DNA of 64,000 nucleotides, from positions 26,413 to 90,412 of the forward strand of contig DASPSQ010000009.1 in the NCBI GenBank assembly GCA_035623855.1, written 5' to 3'. The stretch comes from Thermoplasmata archaeon (lineage in GTDB: Archaea; Thermoplasmatota; Thermoplasmata; Lutacidiplasmatales; UBA184). The notes beneath the pieces were generated by a model. It was not told the DNA's origin. It did not search any database and saw nothing but the letters and a program-made list of their open reading frames with translations. A program made the translations under genes and the position numbers. Below are positions 49,773 through 59,571 of the stretch, piece by piece (the first letter of the stretch is position 1; each line of letters opens with the position of its first letter).

Positions 49773-52700
49773 TTACGCAGTGCCTCGCGCCTTTGCTTTG
49801 ACGTCCCGGATTTGACCCTCGAGGCGAAGGACGTCATTGCTCGCTCCCAGGCGCGACGCGATCTCGCGGGCCCGCGTGTGCGTCTCCAACGCCAGCGCGT
49901 ACTTTCCTCGTGCCTCGTGCGCGGAGCCGAGATCCTGCAGCACCCTCAGGTATTCGACCGGCCACCCTACCTTTTCCCATAGTCGGGCCGAGGTCTCCAA
50001 AGCCCTGGCTGCCGAGATCAGATCGCCAGCGTGGGATCGGACTCGACCTTCTGCGTGCTGAGCGTAGGCCCGGATGAGGTCCTCATCCATCGCTTCTGCG
50101 AGGGCCGACAGTTCGCGAGAGCGAGCCTCCGCTTGGGATCGGTCCGACTCGGTCCCCTCCAGTCCGGTGGTGACCAGACCGAGAAGAATCGACGAGTAGA
50201 GTTGTCCGAAGAGGGCAGACTCGCCCACCCGCTGAGCGAGCTCTCGCGCTTGTCGATAGAGTGGAACCGCTTCCTCGCCCTTCCCTTGCGCTTCCCGGAT
50301 CCAAGCCAGTGTTCCGAGGCACAGGAGACGGACGGACCAGTCGGGCGACGTGTCAAGGACTTCGAGGGCCTTCGAGAGATGACTCTCGGCCCCGGCGAGG
50401 TCGCCCCGGATCGCGGCGACGCGACCGAGCACGAACAGGTCCAGCGGTTCCGGGGTCGGGGTGTATCGGGCCATGTACGCGAGCATCTCCTGCGCCAGCT
50501 CCGCGGCCCGGTCCAGCTGCCCTGCGTGGACAAGGACGTATGGGAGGAATCGGGTTCGCAACGTCATTTCGAACGGGACGCTGCGGACCTTCCGCGCGAA
50601 TCCAATCCCTTCGTCGAGCGTTCGAACGGCTTGTTCCCAGTTTCCCTGGATCTGCATATGAGCCACGCTGAGGTTGTGGAGCGCGCCCACGAAGACCTCG
50701 GGGAGGTCGTACCGCTCGCCGATGTCCCGCATTTTCTCGAGGTACTCGAACGTCCGGTTCTTCTCGGCTGGAGGGACCAGGGCGGCCAGGAGCAAGTACA
50801 CCCATCCCTCGACCTCGTGGGCGTTGACCCGCCCCGCAAGCTCCAGTGCCTTCTCGCACATGTCGCGAGCCTGCGAAATTTGGCCGTCGTACCAGTAGAG
50901 GTCCGCGAGGTCGCCGAACAGGCTCGCGAGCTCCGGTCCCTCGGGCTCGGTCTCCAGGATCTCGCGGGCGCGAACGAGTTCGCGCAGTGCCAACTCGTTC
51001 CTTTGAAAGAATTGCCTCTGGAGATATCCAAGGCGGCGGTGGAGGTCCGCCGCCCGCTTGCGATCGGACGCGGTGTCGAAAACCTGGATCGCGGCTTCCC
51101 AGGCCTCAGAGGCCATCTCCGGGTGACCGAGCGCGACCAGCTCTTCCCCCCTCTGCTCTAGAAGATGGGCGCGGAGGGCCGGCGTCGGTTGCGCCGCGAG
51201 CGCGATGTCCAGGGATCGGACCGCGCCTTCGTGGTCGTAGACCGAAGCCGCAAATTCCGCGGCCGTCTGCGCACACCTGAGCGCCTCGGCCAGATCGCCC
51301 CCCAGGCGATAGTGGCGGGCGAGCTCCGAAGCAGCCTCCGGAGCATTGCCGCCCGGAATCCCCTGGAGGACGTGGGCGACCTCGAGATGGTACCGTTGCC
51401 GTCGGATCTTGGACAGTCCCGCGTAGAGGACGTCGCGGATCTGCTCGTCCACAAACTCGTACACCACCTCGCCGGGTGAGGGTTCCCTCTCGCGGAGAAG
51501 ACGGGCCCGGAGGGCGCGCTCCAGCAGGAGGAGAAGACGCTCCGACTCCAGGCCGGAAACCCGCCGGAGCCAGTCGAACCGGAACGTGCTTCCCACGACC
51601 GAGGCGATCGCGAGAACCTCGATGGTCTCGTCCCCGGCTCGTCGCACGCGGCGCAGCACGACGTCGCGCACCGACGCAGGGATTTCGATCTCCGTCGCGG
51701 ATCTCCGTCGCCATCCGTCGGACGTTCGCACCAGATCGCCTTCTTCCACAAGCGAGCGAAGGAGCTCCTCCACGAAGAACGGGTTCCCCCCCGCCTTCTC
51801 GAGGATGGGCTCCGTGACCTCGCGTGGGAGATCGGTGGCCCCGAGGATCGCGCTCGCGAGGCGGGAGCCGTCCTCGGAATCGAACCGCTTCAGGGAGAGG
51901 GAGGTGACCAAGCGGCTGCGGCGCAGCTCCGAGAGGAGCTCGGCGAGGAGATCCCCTTCCGCGAGGTCGGTATCTCGATAGGTGAGAAGGATCGCGATCC
52001 GGTGGCCCTGGAGATGGTGGGCAAGGTACTCCAAGAGACGGAGCGAACCCGGATCCGCCCACTGGAGGTCATCGATCACGATGGCGAGGGGGCCCTCGCG
52101 GGCAACGTTCTGGAAGAACTGGACCATTCCTGCGAAGAGTGTCAGTTGCGAGGGAACCGGTGCGCTCGTAGGGTGAACCGGGACGGTCCCGAGGCGCTGG
52201 GCCAGTTGCGGGACGATCTGCGCGACCTCCACCGAACAGTTGGCGCACACCTTGTAGAGGAGCAGATCCGGGATTTCGCGCACGTACTCGAGGCACGTTT
52301 CGGCCCAGACCGAATACGGGACGTCTCCCACGCCTTGGAATCCTCTCGCGCGCAACACCCGAAACGCAGTGGGGCCAGCTCTTCGGAAGACCTCCTCGGC
52401 CAGCCGGCTCTTGCCGATGCCCGAATCGCCTCCAATCGCGATGACCTGCCCCTCCCCCTGGGTGACCGCGCCCAGCAATCGACGAAGCAGGCCGAGCTCC
52501 GTCGTTCGGTCGGTCCAGGGCGTTACGCGCGCCGCCGGGGGAGCGTGCCACGGAAGGTCGACCTCGTAGACCAGGATCGGGGTGTCGATGTTCTTGAGAA
52601 ACGCGTGCTCAAGGGGCAGGAGCCGATACGGGATCTTGTTCGTGACTTGGTCGGCCACCGGGCCGGTCAGGCAGATGCCCCCGGCTTCCGCGAGAGGTTC

Positions 52701-53066
52701 GATCCTGGAGGCGATATTGACGGCATCCCCGAGCAGGTCTCCTTCTCGATGCAGGACGTCACCGACGTGAATCCCGATCCGCAGTTCGATCGCGGGAGGT
52801 TCGGACCGAGAATTCCGCTGAACGAGCGACTTCTGGATTTCGATGCCGGACTCGGTCGCAGCCAGCGCGCTATCGAACTCCACGAGGAAACCGTCCCCGA
52901 CCGTCTTCACCTCCCGACCCCCGAACCGGGTGAAGATGGGCCGGAGGATGGTCCGGTGTTCCTCGAGCAGAGTCAGCGCGAGTCGCTCTTCCCGCTGAGC
53001 CAGCGCGGACCAGCCGACCATGTCCGTGAACATGATCGCGGCCAATCGTCGTTCGCCGGCAGCCAC
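49773..53066 (-). CDS. Class III nucleotidyl cyclase (CHD) - AAA/STAND ATPase - TPR multidomain protein
   Basis: 1097 aa. N-terminal CHD (AAIMFTDMVGWSAL...KTVGDGFLVEF...GIHVGDV), Walker A (GGDSGIGKSRL) and Walker B/DDLQWAD, then a long TPR/helical region. Confidence 0.75.
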   Translation of the reverse strand: MAAGERRLAAIMFTDMVGWSALAQREERLALTLLEEHRTILRPIFTRFGGREVKTVGDGFLVEFDSALAATESGIEIQKSLVQRNSRSEPPAIELRIGIHVGDVLHREGDLLGDAVNIASRIEPLAEAGGICLTGPVADQVTNKIPYRLLPLEHAFLKNIDTPILVYEVDLPWHAPPAARVTPWTDRTTELGLLRRLLGAVTQGEGQVIAIGGDSGIGKSRLAEEVFRRAGPTAFRVLRARGFQGVGDVPYSVWAETCLEYVREIPDLLLYKVCANCSVEVAQIVPQLAQRLGTVPVHPTSAPVPSQLTLFAGMVQFFQNVAREGPLAIVIDDLQWADPGSLRLLEYLAHHLQGHRIAILLTYRDTDLAEGDLLAELLSELRRSRLVTSLSLKRFDSEDGSRLASAILGATDLPREVTEPILEKAGGNPFFVEELLRSLVEEGDLVRTSDGWRRRSATEIEIPASVRDVVLRRVRRAGDETIEVLAIASVVGSTFRFDWLRRVSGLESERLLLLLERALRARLLREREPSPGEVVYEFVDEQIRDVLYAGLSKIRRQRYHLEVAHVLQGIPGGNAPEAASELARHYRLGGDLAEALRCAQTAAEFAASVYDHEGAVRSLDIALAAQPTPALRAHLLEQRGEELVALGHPEMASEAWEAAIQVFDTASDRKRAADLHRRLGYLQRQFFQRNELALRELVRAREILETEPEGPELASLFGDLADLYWYDGQISQARDMCEKALELAGRVNAHEVEGWVYLLLAALVPPAEKNRTFEYLEKMRDIGERYDLPEVFVGALHNLSVAHMQIQGNWEQAVRTLDEGIGFARKVRSVPFEMTLRTRFLPYVLVHAGQLDRAAELAQEMLAYMARYTPTPEPLDLFVLGRVAAIRGDLAGAESHLSKALEVLDTSPDWSVRLLCLGTLAWIREAQGKGEEAVPLYRQARELAQRVGESALFGQLYSSILLGLVTTGLEGTESDRSQAEARSRELSALAEAMDEDLIRAYAQHAEGRVRSHAGDLISAARALETSARLWEKVGWPVEYLRVLQDLGSAHEARGKYALALETHTRAREIASRLGASNDVLRLEGQIRDVKAKARGTA

Positions 53067-53295
53067 GCGCGGTCATCGAGGTTCCCCAAGTTAACAACTC
53101 CGACGAGGGACTGGCGGGGCCGTCGGCCGAGACTCCTCGGCTCCAGGCGGAATGTCCTCGTGCCGTACACCGGCTCGTCTCCTTCCTTGCCGGCGGGGGA
53201 TGGCCCTCGGGAAAGAGACCACCGTCACCCAAGGGTATCTCCCGAAGGCGGACGTAGAATTGAGTCCGCGTACGCCAGGTTGGTCGTGGATGCCG

Positions 53296-53640
53296 TCAGT
53301 CGGTCTCGAACGTCAAGTCCGGCACGTTCACCGAGCGGTCCGTGATACCGAGGCCGGCCGGGGAGAACCAGCGATAGAGGTCCAGGACGAGGTACCCGCC
53401 TGCGACCAACGGGTCGGTCTGCATGAGTGCTCGGGCGTGGGCGATGGAGTCGGTCCGGAAAATGAGGAATCCGCGCAGCTCTCCGCCTTCCTCGACGGGG
53501 CCGGTCGTGATGACCTCGCCGGATTCTCGAAGGTGGCGTAGATGCGCGAGGTGCCCCTCCTGGAGTGCATCGGCATCCGTCGCAGGCGGTCGCGGAGCCG
53601 GGACGGGCCGACGGAGAACTCCCAAGGTATAGTGGGTCAT
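53296..53640 (-). CDS. YciI-like (DGPF/YCII-related) small protein
   Basis: MTHYTLGVL...GHLAHLRHLRESGEVITTGPV...GFLIFRTDSIAHARALMQTDPLVAGG fits the YciI family pattern. Confidence 0.45.
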   Translation of the reverse strand: MTHYTLGVLRRPVPAPRPPATDADALQEGHLAHLRHLRESGEVITTGPVEEGGELRGFLIFRTDSIAHARALMQTDPLVAGGYLVLDLYRWFSPAGLGITDRSVNVPDLTFETD

Positions 53641-53721
53641 CGGGGGCAGTCGGTCCATCTCGGATGCCGGCGGGTCACCGGGGGACATGGAGTAGGTCGA
53701 GTCCCGCGAATCGTTCCCGGC

Positions 53722-54276
53722 TCAAAGCTTCCCCTCCGGCTTACCGCCGGCCATTCCCGCCCGTCGCAGCTCATCGAGAGCCGCCCCGACGACTAGATCA
53801 ACGGATCCGGTCGCGTCGAGGGGGATTCCGTAGTCGAACGAGGTCGCCTTTGCGTAAACCTCTGCCGCCGCCTCCGCGCCGTGGGGCGGGGCACGCTGTG
53901 CATCCCGGGCTATGCACACCGCGAGCGAGACTTTGAGCGTGAGGACCACGTGCGGGAACGGGAGGCGCTTCTCGAGGTCCTTCACGGCGGACTTCCAATA
54001 GAAGTTGCCGTCGATCACCACCGGTACGCCCCGTTGAAGGTCCGCCATCGCCTGCTTCGCCGCGATTCCGTTGGCATCGAGAAAACTTCCCTCGGAAATG
54101 CAATCCTCATCCCAGCGCTCGAGACCGTACTTCTCCAGGATCTCGTCGATCGCGATGTGGCTCGCGGCGATTTGGTCCGCGATCCGATCGGAAACGGTGG
54201 TCTTCCCGGCACCGAGCGGCCCGCGGACGATCACGTAGTAGGCCACGCAGAATGCCTCCCCGAGCCCGGGTCGCAT
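53722..54276 (-). CDS. P-loop kinase (AAA_33 / CPT-zeta-like nucleotide kinase fold)
   Basis: YVIVRGPLGAGKTTVS Walker A near the N-terminus in a ~180-aa protein. The true start may be an internal GTG. Confidence 0.5.
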   Translation of the reverse strand: MRPGLGEAFCVAYYVIVRGPLGAGKTTVSDRIADQIAASHIAIDEILEKYGLERWDEDCISEGSFLDANGIAAKQAMADLQRGVPVVIDGNFYWKSAVKDLEKRLPFPHVVLTLKVSLAVCIARDAQRAPPHGAEAAAEVYAKATSFDYGIPLDATGSVDLVVGAALDELRRAGMAGGKPEGKL

Positions 54277-54587
54277 CGAGATTTAAGCGCGACACCCGTG
54301 AAAAGGATCGTCCGGTCGACCCTGCATGGCCGGGGGGCATGTAGCCAAGGTGAGTTCGGCTTCTTCGGGGGCGGTCGGTCTGGGGAAATCCGAAGGCGCC
54401 GGCCGATCGTGAGCATCGGAGTTCCCGAGTTCACGTCCCGATCGCTGGCTTCCGCTCAAGGAGGTGACGCCTTCAGGTCCCCTACGGAGCGGTACTGCGT
54501 CCTCGGAGAGTTGGATGCGACGGTCGGACCCTGTCGGTGTTTTCTTCCCCGTCGTGAGCGGGTCGGCGAGTTAATCTATCCCGAGCC

Positions 54588-56702
54588 GTGTTTCGAGTCG
54601 TGGCTTCGACTCGGCACCTTGCCGCTGTCATGTTTACGGACGTGGTCGGGTTCACAGCCTCGGCCCAGTCGAACGAAGCGCTCGCGTTGCACCGCCTCCA
54701 GGAGGAGCAAGGGCTGGTTCGAGCTCTCTTCCCACCCTACGGCGGGCGGGAGGTGAAGTCCACCGGCGATGGGTTTCTCGTGGAGTTCGAGAGCGCCCTG
54801 AAGGCCACGGAGTGCGCCATCGAGATCCAGCGGAGCCTGCACGAACGGAACTCCCAGTCCTCGGATTCACCGATCCACCTGCGGATCGGGATCCACGTGG
54901 GGGATGTGGAGGAGATGGGCGGGGACATTCTCGGCGACGCGGTCAACGTTGCGTCGCGGGTCATGCCGCTCGCGGATCCCGGCGGGGTGTGCCTCTCGGA
55001 ACTTGTCTTCGCTCACGTGCGCAACAAGATCGCCCTCCCGCTGGAGAAGATGGGTCCGAGATGGTTGAAGGGGGTTCGGGACCCGGTCGAGGTGTACCGG
55101 GTGGTCCTCCCGTGGTTTGTCCGTCCGAGTCCGACGGAGGGGCCCCTCCCGCCCCGCCTCGCGGTTCTGCCTCTCGCGAGCATCAGCCCGGACCCGAACG
55201 ACGCCTACTTTGCGGACGGTCTCACCGAGGAGCTCACCTCGGTTCTCTCCAAAGTCCGCGGACTCCGGGTCATCGCCCGCACGTCGGTCGGGCGGTACAC
55301 GTCGACCTCCGAGTCGATCCCCCAGATCGGAGAGGAACTCGGGGTCAGCTCGATCCTGGAGGGGAGTGTTCGAAAGGCCGGACGCCGGATTCGAGTGACG
55401 ATGCAGCTCATCGATGTCGCAAGCCAGGAGCACATTTGGTCGGAGAGCTACGATCGAGAGGTGGACGATGTTTTCGCGATTCAGGGGGAGGTCGCGAAGC
55501 GGACCGCGCTAGCACTCCGGGTCGAGCTCCTGAGCTCTGACCGAGACGTCCTCTCGAGGCGGCCCACGTCGAGCGTCGAGGCGTATGACCTCTACCTGCG
55601 AGGGATTCACGCGCTGAGGGCCTCGACGGAGGAGTCCCTCCCCCAACGGGTCACCGAGGCGATGGAATGCTTCGAAGCCGCGATCCAGACCGACCCCAAG
55701 TTCTCTCTCGCGTACTCGTACCTCGCGAACACGTTGGTGGGTGGGGTCGAGGATCGGATCCCACCACGGGAGGCCAATCTCCGGGCCAAGGAGCTCGCCG
55801 ACACGGCGCTCGAGCTGGACCCCGATTCTTCCGACGCGCACACCGCCCGGGGGAATGTCGCACGGTGGCTCGACCTCGACTGGGGGCTCGCCGAGGCGGA
55901 ATTACGGAAGGCGATCGCCCTCAACCCGAGCAACTCGATCGCCCATTTCTGCTACGGTATGCTCCTCCGAACGCTTCAGCGGTACGAGGCGGCGAAGACC
56001 GAACTCCGGTCGGCGATCGACCTCGAGTTCGACGAGTCGCGCGCGGAACTCCGTTCCTCGGTCGAGTTCGATCCGTTGGACTACGGGGCCCCGGCATGGC
56101 TCGCCGAGGTCCATTGCCGGCTGGGGGAGTGCGATTCCGCGATCTCCCTCGCGATCCAGCGGCTGCAGGAGGCGCCGGAGGAACACCGGTACCACGTGGC
56201 ACTAGGCTGGGCGTACGCCGCATCCGGGCGGTGGGAGGACGCGCGGGCGGAAGCATCGCTTTCGGCCGGACCGGCCTCGCGATGGGTCCGACTGTGCCGC
56301 GCGTCGCTTCTAGCCGTCCTCGGGTCGAGCGAGGAAGCCCGACGGCTACGTAGCGAATGGAGCGATGAAGCGAAGTCTACGTACCTGCCGCCCGCGTGGA
56401 GGGCCGGGCTCGACGCGATCCTCGGCGATCCCGACGGCGCCCTCGCCCTCCTCGAGCGCGACGTTCGAGAAGGAGACCGGTTGCTCTCCTCCGTCTATGA
56501 ATGGGAGTTCTACGACCGGATCCGGGGGGACCCGCGGTTCGCGGCTCTGCTGCACCAGATGAACCTCCCCGCGACCGTCGGCTGGAGGAGGGTGGAGGCT
56601 GCGCCTCCGACCTCGGAGCCCGCCCCCGCGTCCCCGTCACTGGGGTCTTCCCGGAACGAGACAATGACACCTACCGACTCGTGGCGGGTGGTCGGACCAT
56701 GA
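54588..56702 (+). CDS. Class III adenylate/guanylate cyclase (CHD) - TolB-N-like domain - TPR protein (paralog of 47687-49681)
   Basis: AAVMFTDVVGFTASAQ...VKSTGDGFLVEF...GIHVGDV, then PRLAVLPLASISPDPNDAYFADGLTEELTSVLS and TPR region. Confidence 0.75.
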   Translation: MFRVVASTRHLAAVMFTDVVGFTASAQSNEALALHRLQEEQGLVRALFPPYGGREVKSTGDGFLVEFESALKATECAIEIQRSLHERNSQSSDSPIHLRIGIHVGDVEEMGGDILGDAVNVASRVMPLADPGGVCLSELVFAHVRNKIALPLEKMGPRWLKGVRDPVEVYRVVLPWFVRPSPTEGPLPPRLAVLPLASISPDPNDAYFADGLTEELTSVLSKVRGLRVIARTSVGRYTSTSESIPQIGEELGVSSILEGSVRKAGRRIRVTMQLIDVASQEHIWSESYDREVDDVFAIQGEVAKRTALALRVELLSSDRDVLSRRPTSSVEAYDLYLRGIHALRASTEESLPQRVTEAMECFEAAIQTDPKFSLAYSYLANTLVGGVEDRIPPREANLRAKELADTALELDPDSSDAHTARGNVARWLDLDWGLAEAELRKAIALNPSNSIAHFCYGMLLRTLQRYEAAKTELRSAIDLEFDESRAELRSSVEFDPLDYGAPAWLAEVHCRLGECDSAISLAIQRLQEAPEEHRYHVALGWAYAASGRWEDARAEASLSAGPASRWVRLCRASLLAVLGSSEEARRLRSEWSDEAKSTYLPPAWRAGLDAILGDPDGALALLERDVREGDRLLSSVYEWEFYDRIRGDPRFAALLHQMNLPATVGWRRVEAAPPTSEPAPASPSLGSSRNETMTPTDSWRVVGP

Positions 56703-57639
56703 CCGAGAGCTGACCGTCGATCCACTGGGGATAGGTCGCAGACCGAAGACCGAAGGTCCTTCGGACCGCCAGAACCCCGTCGACCTCCAAGATCCGGCGG
56801 ATGATTTTCTCCAGGACGGCGGGTCGGTCGGCGGGAACCAGGCCGGCGAGGGGTGGGCGTTGGACCCCGGGATCGATGCCAAGTCCATCGGGCGCGACCG
56901 GAATCCAGGGGCCGACCGTCCGGCCGACCTCAGCCGCGACCGGGGCCGCCTCCGAGTCTGGGCGGAGCGAGAGGTGGAGGAGCGCCAGCGGCCACTCCTG
57001 AGAATCGGCGTTCGGGCTCCACCAGCAGGACCTGGAATCCAGGAGCAGATCGAACCGGCGCGACACGGTCTTCAGGCTGATGCCGGCGCCCGAGGCCAAG
57101 CGCGCGATCGTCGCGTCGGGATCCCGGCGAAATTCCGCGAGAAGCCTCCAATCCAGCGGGGATGGGATCCGGAGGGACCCGGGAATCCAGTACGGCGTCG
57201 GTCCCCGAGCGGAGCCTGACGGGGCCAATCTCCTCAGAAGCGAAGTCCGTCGGGTGGTCGCCGGGGGAGCGTCCGAGACGTAGTACACCTGAACCTTCCG
57301 ATCTTCTTCGTCGAGGATATCGCGCGCGAAGAGAATGCCGTCAACCAGAGCAAGGTCGTGGAAGACCCGGTCGGACTCCTGGGGGCTTCGGACCGGCACT
57401 TCAAGCATCACCGTCGTGGCTCCGAAGAGCGAAGGATTCAATCCGACCTCGCTACCCAGCAAGAGCCCGTTCTCGCGGAGCCGCCGAAGTCTTGAGCGGA
57501 CCCCGGCCTCACTCAGGCCTACCTTTCCGGCAATCTCACGAGCTGTCACACGCGGGTCGGTCAGCCGCCGGGAGGCCCAGAAACGGGCGAGGCCATCGCG
57601 GGAAAGATGCTGATAGATCGCGTAATCGATGGCGTCCAC
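56671..57639 (-). CDS. Tandem Lrp/AsnC-type HTH transcriptional regulator
   Basis: Two AsnC-like HTH units (MDAIDYAIYQHLSRDG...EIAGKVGLSEAGVRSRLRRLRENG and LDWRLLAEFRRDPDATIARLASGAGISLKTVSRRF), each followed by a putative ligand-binding region. Confidence 0.55.
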   Translation of the reverse strand: MDAIDYAIYQHLSRDGLARFWASRRLTDPRVTAREIAGKVGLSEAGVRSRLRRLRENGLLLGSEVGLNPSLFGATTVMLEVPVRSPQESDRVFHDLALVDGILFARDILDEEDRKVQVYYVSDAPPATTRRTSLLRRLAPSGSARGPTPYWIPGSLRIPSPLDWRLLAEFRRDPDATIARLASGAGISLKTVSRRFDLLLDSRSCWWSPNADSQEWPLALLHLSLRPDSEAAPVAAEVGRTVGPWIPVAPDGLGIDPGVQRPPLAGLVPADRPAVLEKIIRRILEVDGVLAVRRTFGLRSATYPQWIDGQLSVMVRPPATSR

Positions 57640-58372
57640 GTGACTCGCTCGCTAGACGGAGCCGGCTCGGAAAAGCCTAGGGGTGGCAGCCCCGCGTCGC
57701 GTCGAAGGAAGATCGGCGAGCTCGTCCGTGCAGCCGTACGGGTGGCGGGCGACGATCGACCGAGGGGCACTCCGTTCCCGACGCTTACCGGAGTTCTTCG
57801 CGGCAGACCGGGAGCCCGGCCAGAGGGATTCGAGCTGCGTCCGTTCGCGAGGCCGCTCCCAAGGGAGTGAGTCGAGCGGCCGGCACCGCATAGAGGGGCC
57901 TCGCGCGGTCCATCGCTCCGGCGGACGCGCAGGGAACCTCCGCCGTGTCCGAGAGAGCCCGGCCGGTGCGGGCCCGGGCGGTCAGCGCACGGAGCGCGGC
58001 TCGAAGCCGGCTCCAACGATCCCATGAAGGGGCTCGAAGGTCGCTCTCTGCCCCGATTGGGGTACAGGCTGCCGCGTAGATCGAAACCCGCGTGGCCCGG
58101 TCTCGGCTCGGGTAGGTCTGAAGAGAGCGGAGCTCAGCGAGGCGGGCGCTCAGGAGCGCCGCTTCCGGCATCATCCCCGTCATGCCTCTCCCCTCCTGCC
58201 TCCCCAGTCAGGAGACGGCGGTCGACGGAGTCAAGCCTGTCGATGGAGTCTGGAGGGAAACGTGAATCCCGGATGGCTCGGTGCTCGTTTCGTCACGACA
58301 AGTGTTGAAACCGGCATTCTGCAGGCCAACGGCCGGTGCGGGCGAGGGGTATGGTGGGAGGGTCGGGCTCGC

Positions 58373-58858
58373 CTACTCGGAAAGCGATCGGTCCGTCTCG
58401 GCTAGGCGGCGGGCCATCTCGGCGAGCATGCCCCGCAACATGCGGGGCTGATTCATCGCGAACCCCCAGAACTCCCACTTCGTCAGTACGAGGCAACGGG
58501 TTGGCTGGAGGGCGACGACATCCGCGGATCGGGGTTGATCGTCAAAAAGGGCCATCTCGCCAAAAAACTCTCCGGGGCCGAGAGTCGCGAGCCGTCGGCC
58601 CTTGCGCCGTACCTCTACCTGTCCCTCCAGGAGCAGGTAGAAGCCAAGCCCCTTCTCCCCCTGCTTCACCACGGTCTCTCCTTCGGTGAAACCACGGCCC
58701 TGAGAGTCCCGCGTCAGATGCCGAAGCTGGCGATCGTTCAGTCCGGAAAAGATCGGAACGCCTTGTAACATCCGAAGGGTGCTCGCATCGACCTTCGTCT
58801 CAAACGTCGACACGAAGGGCGCAAACGGCTTCCGGGATATAGAGCTGAGCTCGTCCAA
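58373..58858 (-). CDS. Standalone cyclic-nucleotide-binding (cNMP/CAP-family) domain protein
   Basis: FTEGETVVKQGEKGLGFYLLLEGQVEV...LGPGEFFGEMALFDDQPRSADVVA is the cNMP-binding beta-roll with a phosphate-binding cassette. No HTH or effector domain is present. Confidence 0.65.
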   Translation of the reverse strand: MDELSSISRKPFAPFVSTFETKVDASTLRMLQGVPIFSGLNDRQLRHLTRDSQGRGFTEGETVVKQGEKGLGFYLLLEGQVEVRRKGRRLATLGPGEFFGEMALFDDQPRSADVVALQPTRCLVLTKWEFWGFAMNQPRMLRGMLAEMARRLAETDRSLSE

Positions 58859-58969
58859 GGTCGAATGCTCGGCCCTCTCAAAGTACGGCGGACCTGCCGA
58901 TTCCCCTCCGTTCCACCGGCCCGTCTGGGCGACGAGAGATAAAAACCGCCTCTGGATCTATGAGGTCCG

Positions 58970-59506
58970 TTGCCGCACCGTACCCTCCGCGGAGAGCGCG
59001 TGGAGCTCCGACCGCTCCGCCACTCGGATGGCGCTGCCCTCGACGCGATTTTTCGGGACTCACAGGTCAAGCGCATGCTCCCGCCCCGAGTTCGGCGGGA
59101 GACCGGAGTCCAGTTCACCGCTCGGGTCCTGGGGGAGAATCGTCGAAGGGATGGCTACGCGTTCGCGGTTCGCTGGCTCGGGACGCCCGAGGCCATCGGA
59201 CTGATTCGTCTGCGAAACTGGTCCCACGAGGAACGATCGGCCGAGGTCGGTTACTGGATCCGACGCAGGGACTGGGGCCGGGGAGCGGGAAGCGAGGCAC
59301 TCCATCTCGTGTGTCGGTTCGGGTTCCGGTCGATGCGATTGCATCGCATCGTTGCGAACGTGGTCGCCGGGAACACCCGCTCGATCCGAACGCTCGAAGG
59401 CGCCGGGTTCCGCCAGGAGGGGAAGCGCCGGCTCTCCGCGCGAGTCTCGCGCGGATGGGCGGACGAACTCGAGTTCGGTCTCCTTCGAGCGGATTGGACA
59501 GGGTAG
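58970..59506 (+). CDS. GNAT-family N-acetyltransferase (RimJ/RimL-like)
   Basis: GYWIRRRDWGRGAGSEALHLVCRFGF and RIVANVVAGNTRSIRTLEGAGF match the RimJ/L-type GNAT pattern. Confidence 0.7.
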   Translation: MPHRTLRGERVELRPLRHSDGAALDAIFRDSQVKRMLPPRVRRETGVQFTARVLGENRRRDGYAFAVRWLGTPEAIGLIRLRNWSHEERSAEVGYWIRRRDWGRGAGSEALHLVCRFGFRSMRLHRIVANVVAGNTRSIRTLEGAGFRQEGKRRLSARVSRGWADELEFGLLRADWTG

Positions 59507-59571
59507 ACCGTTCCCGGCGGGTTCACGACCCCGGCCTCAGGTCGGTCCCACGTGCCGAGAGTCCGACCCTT

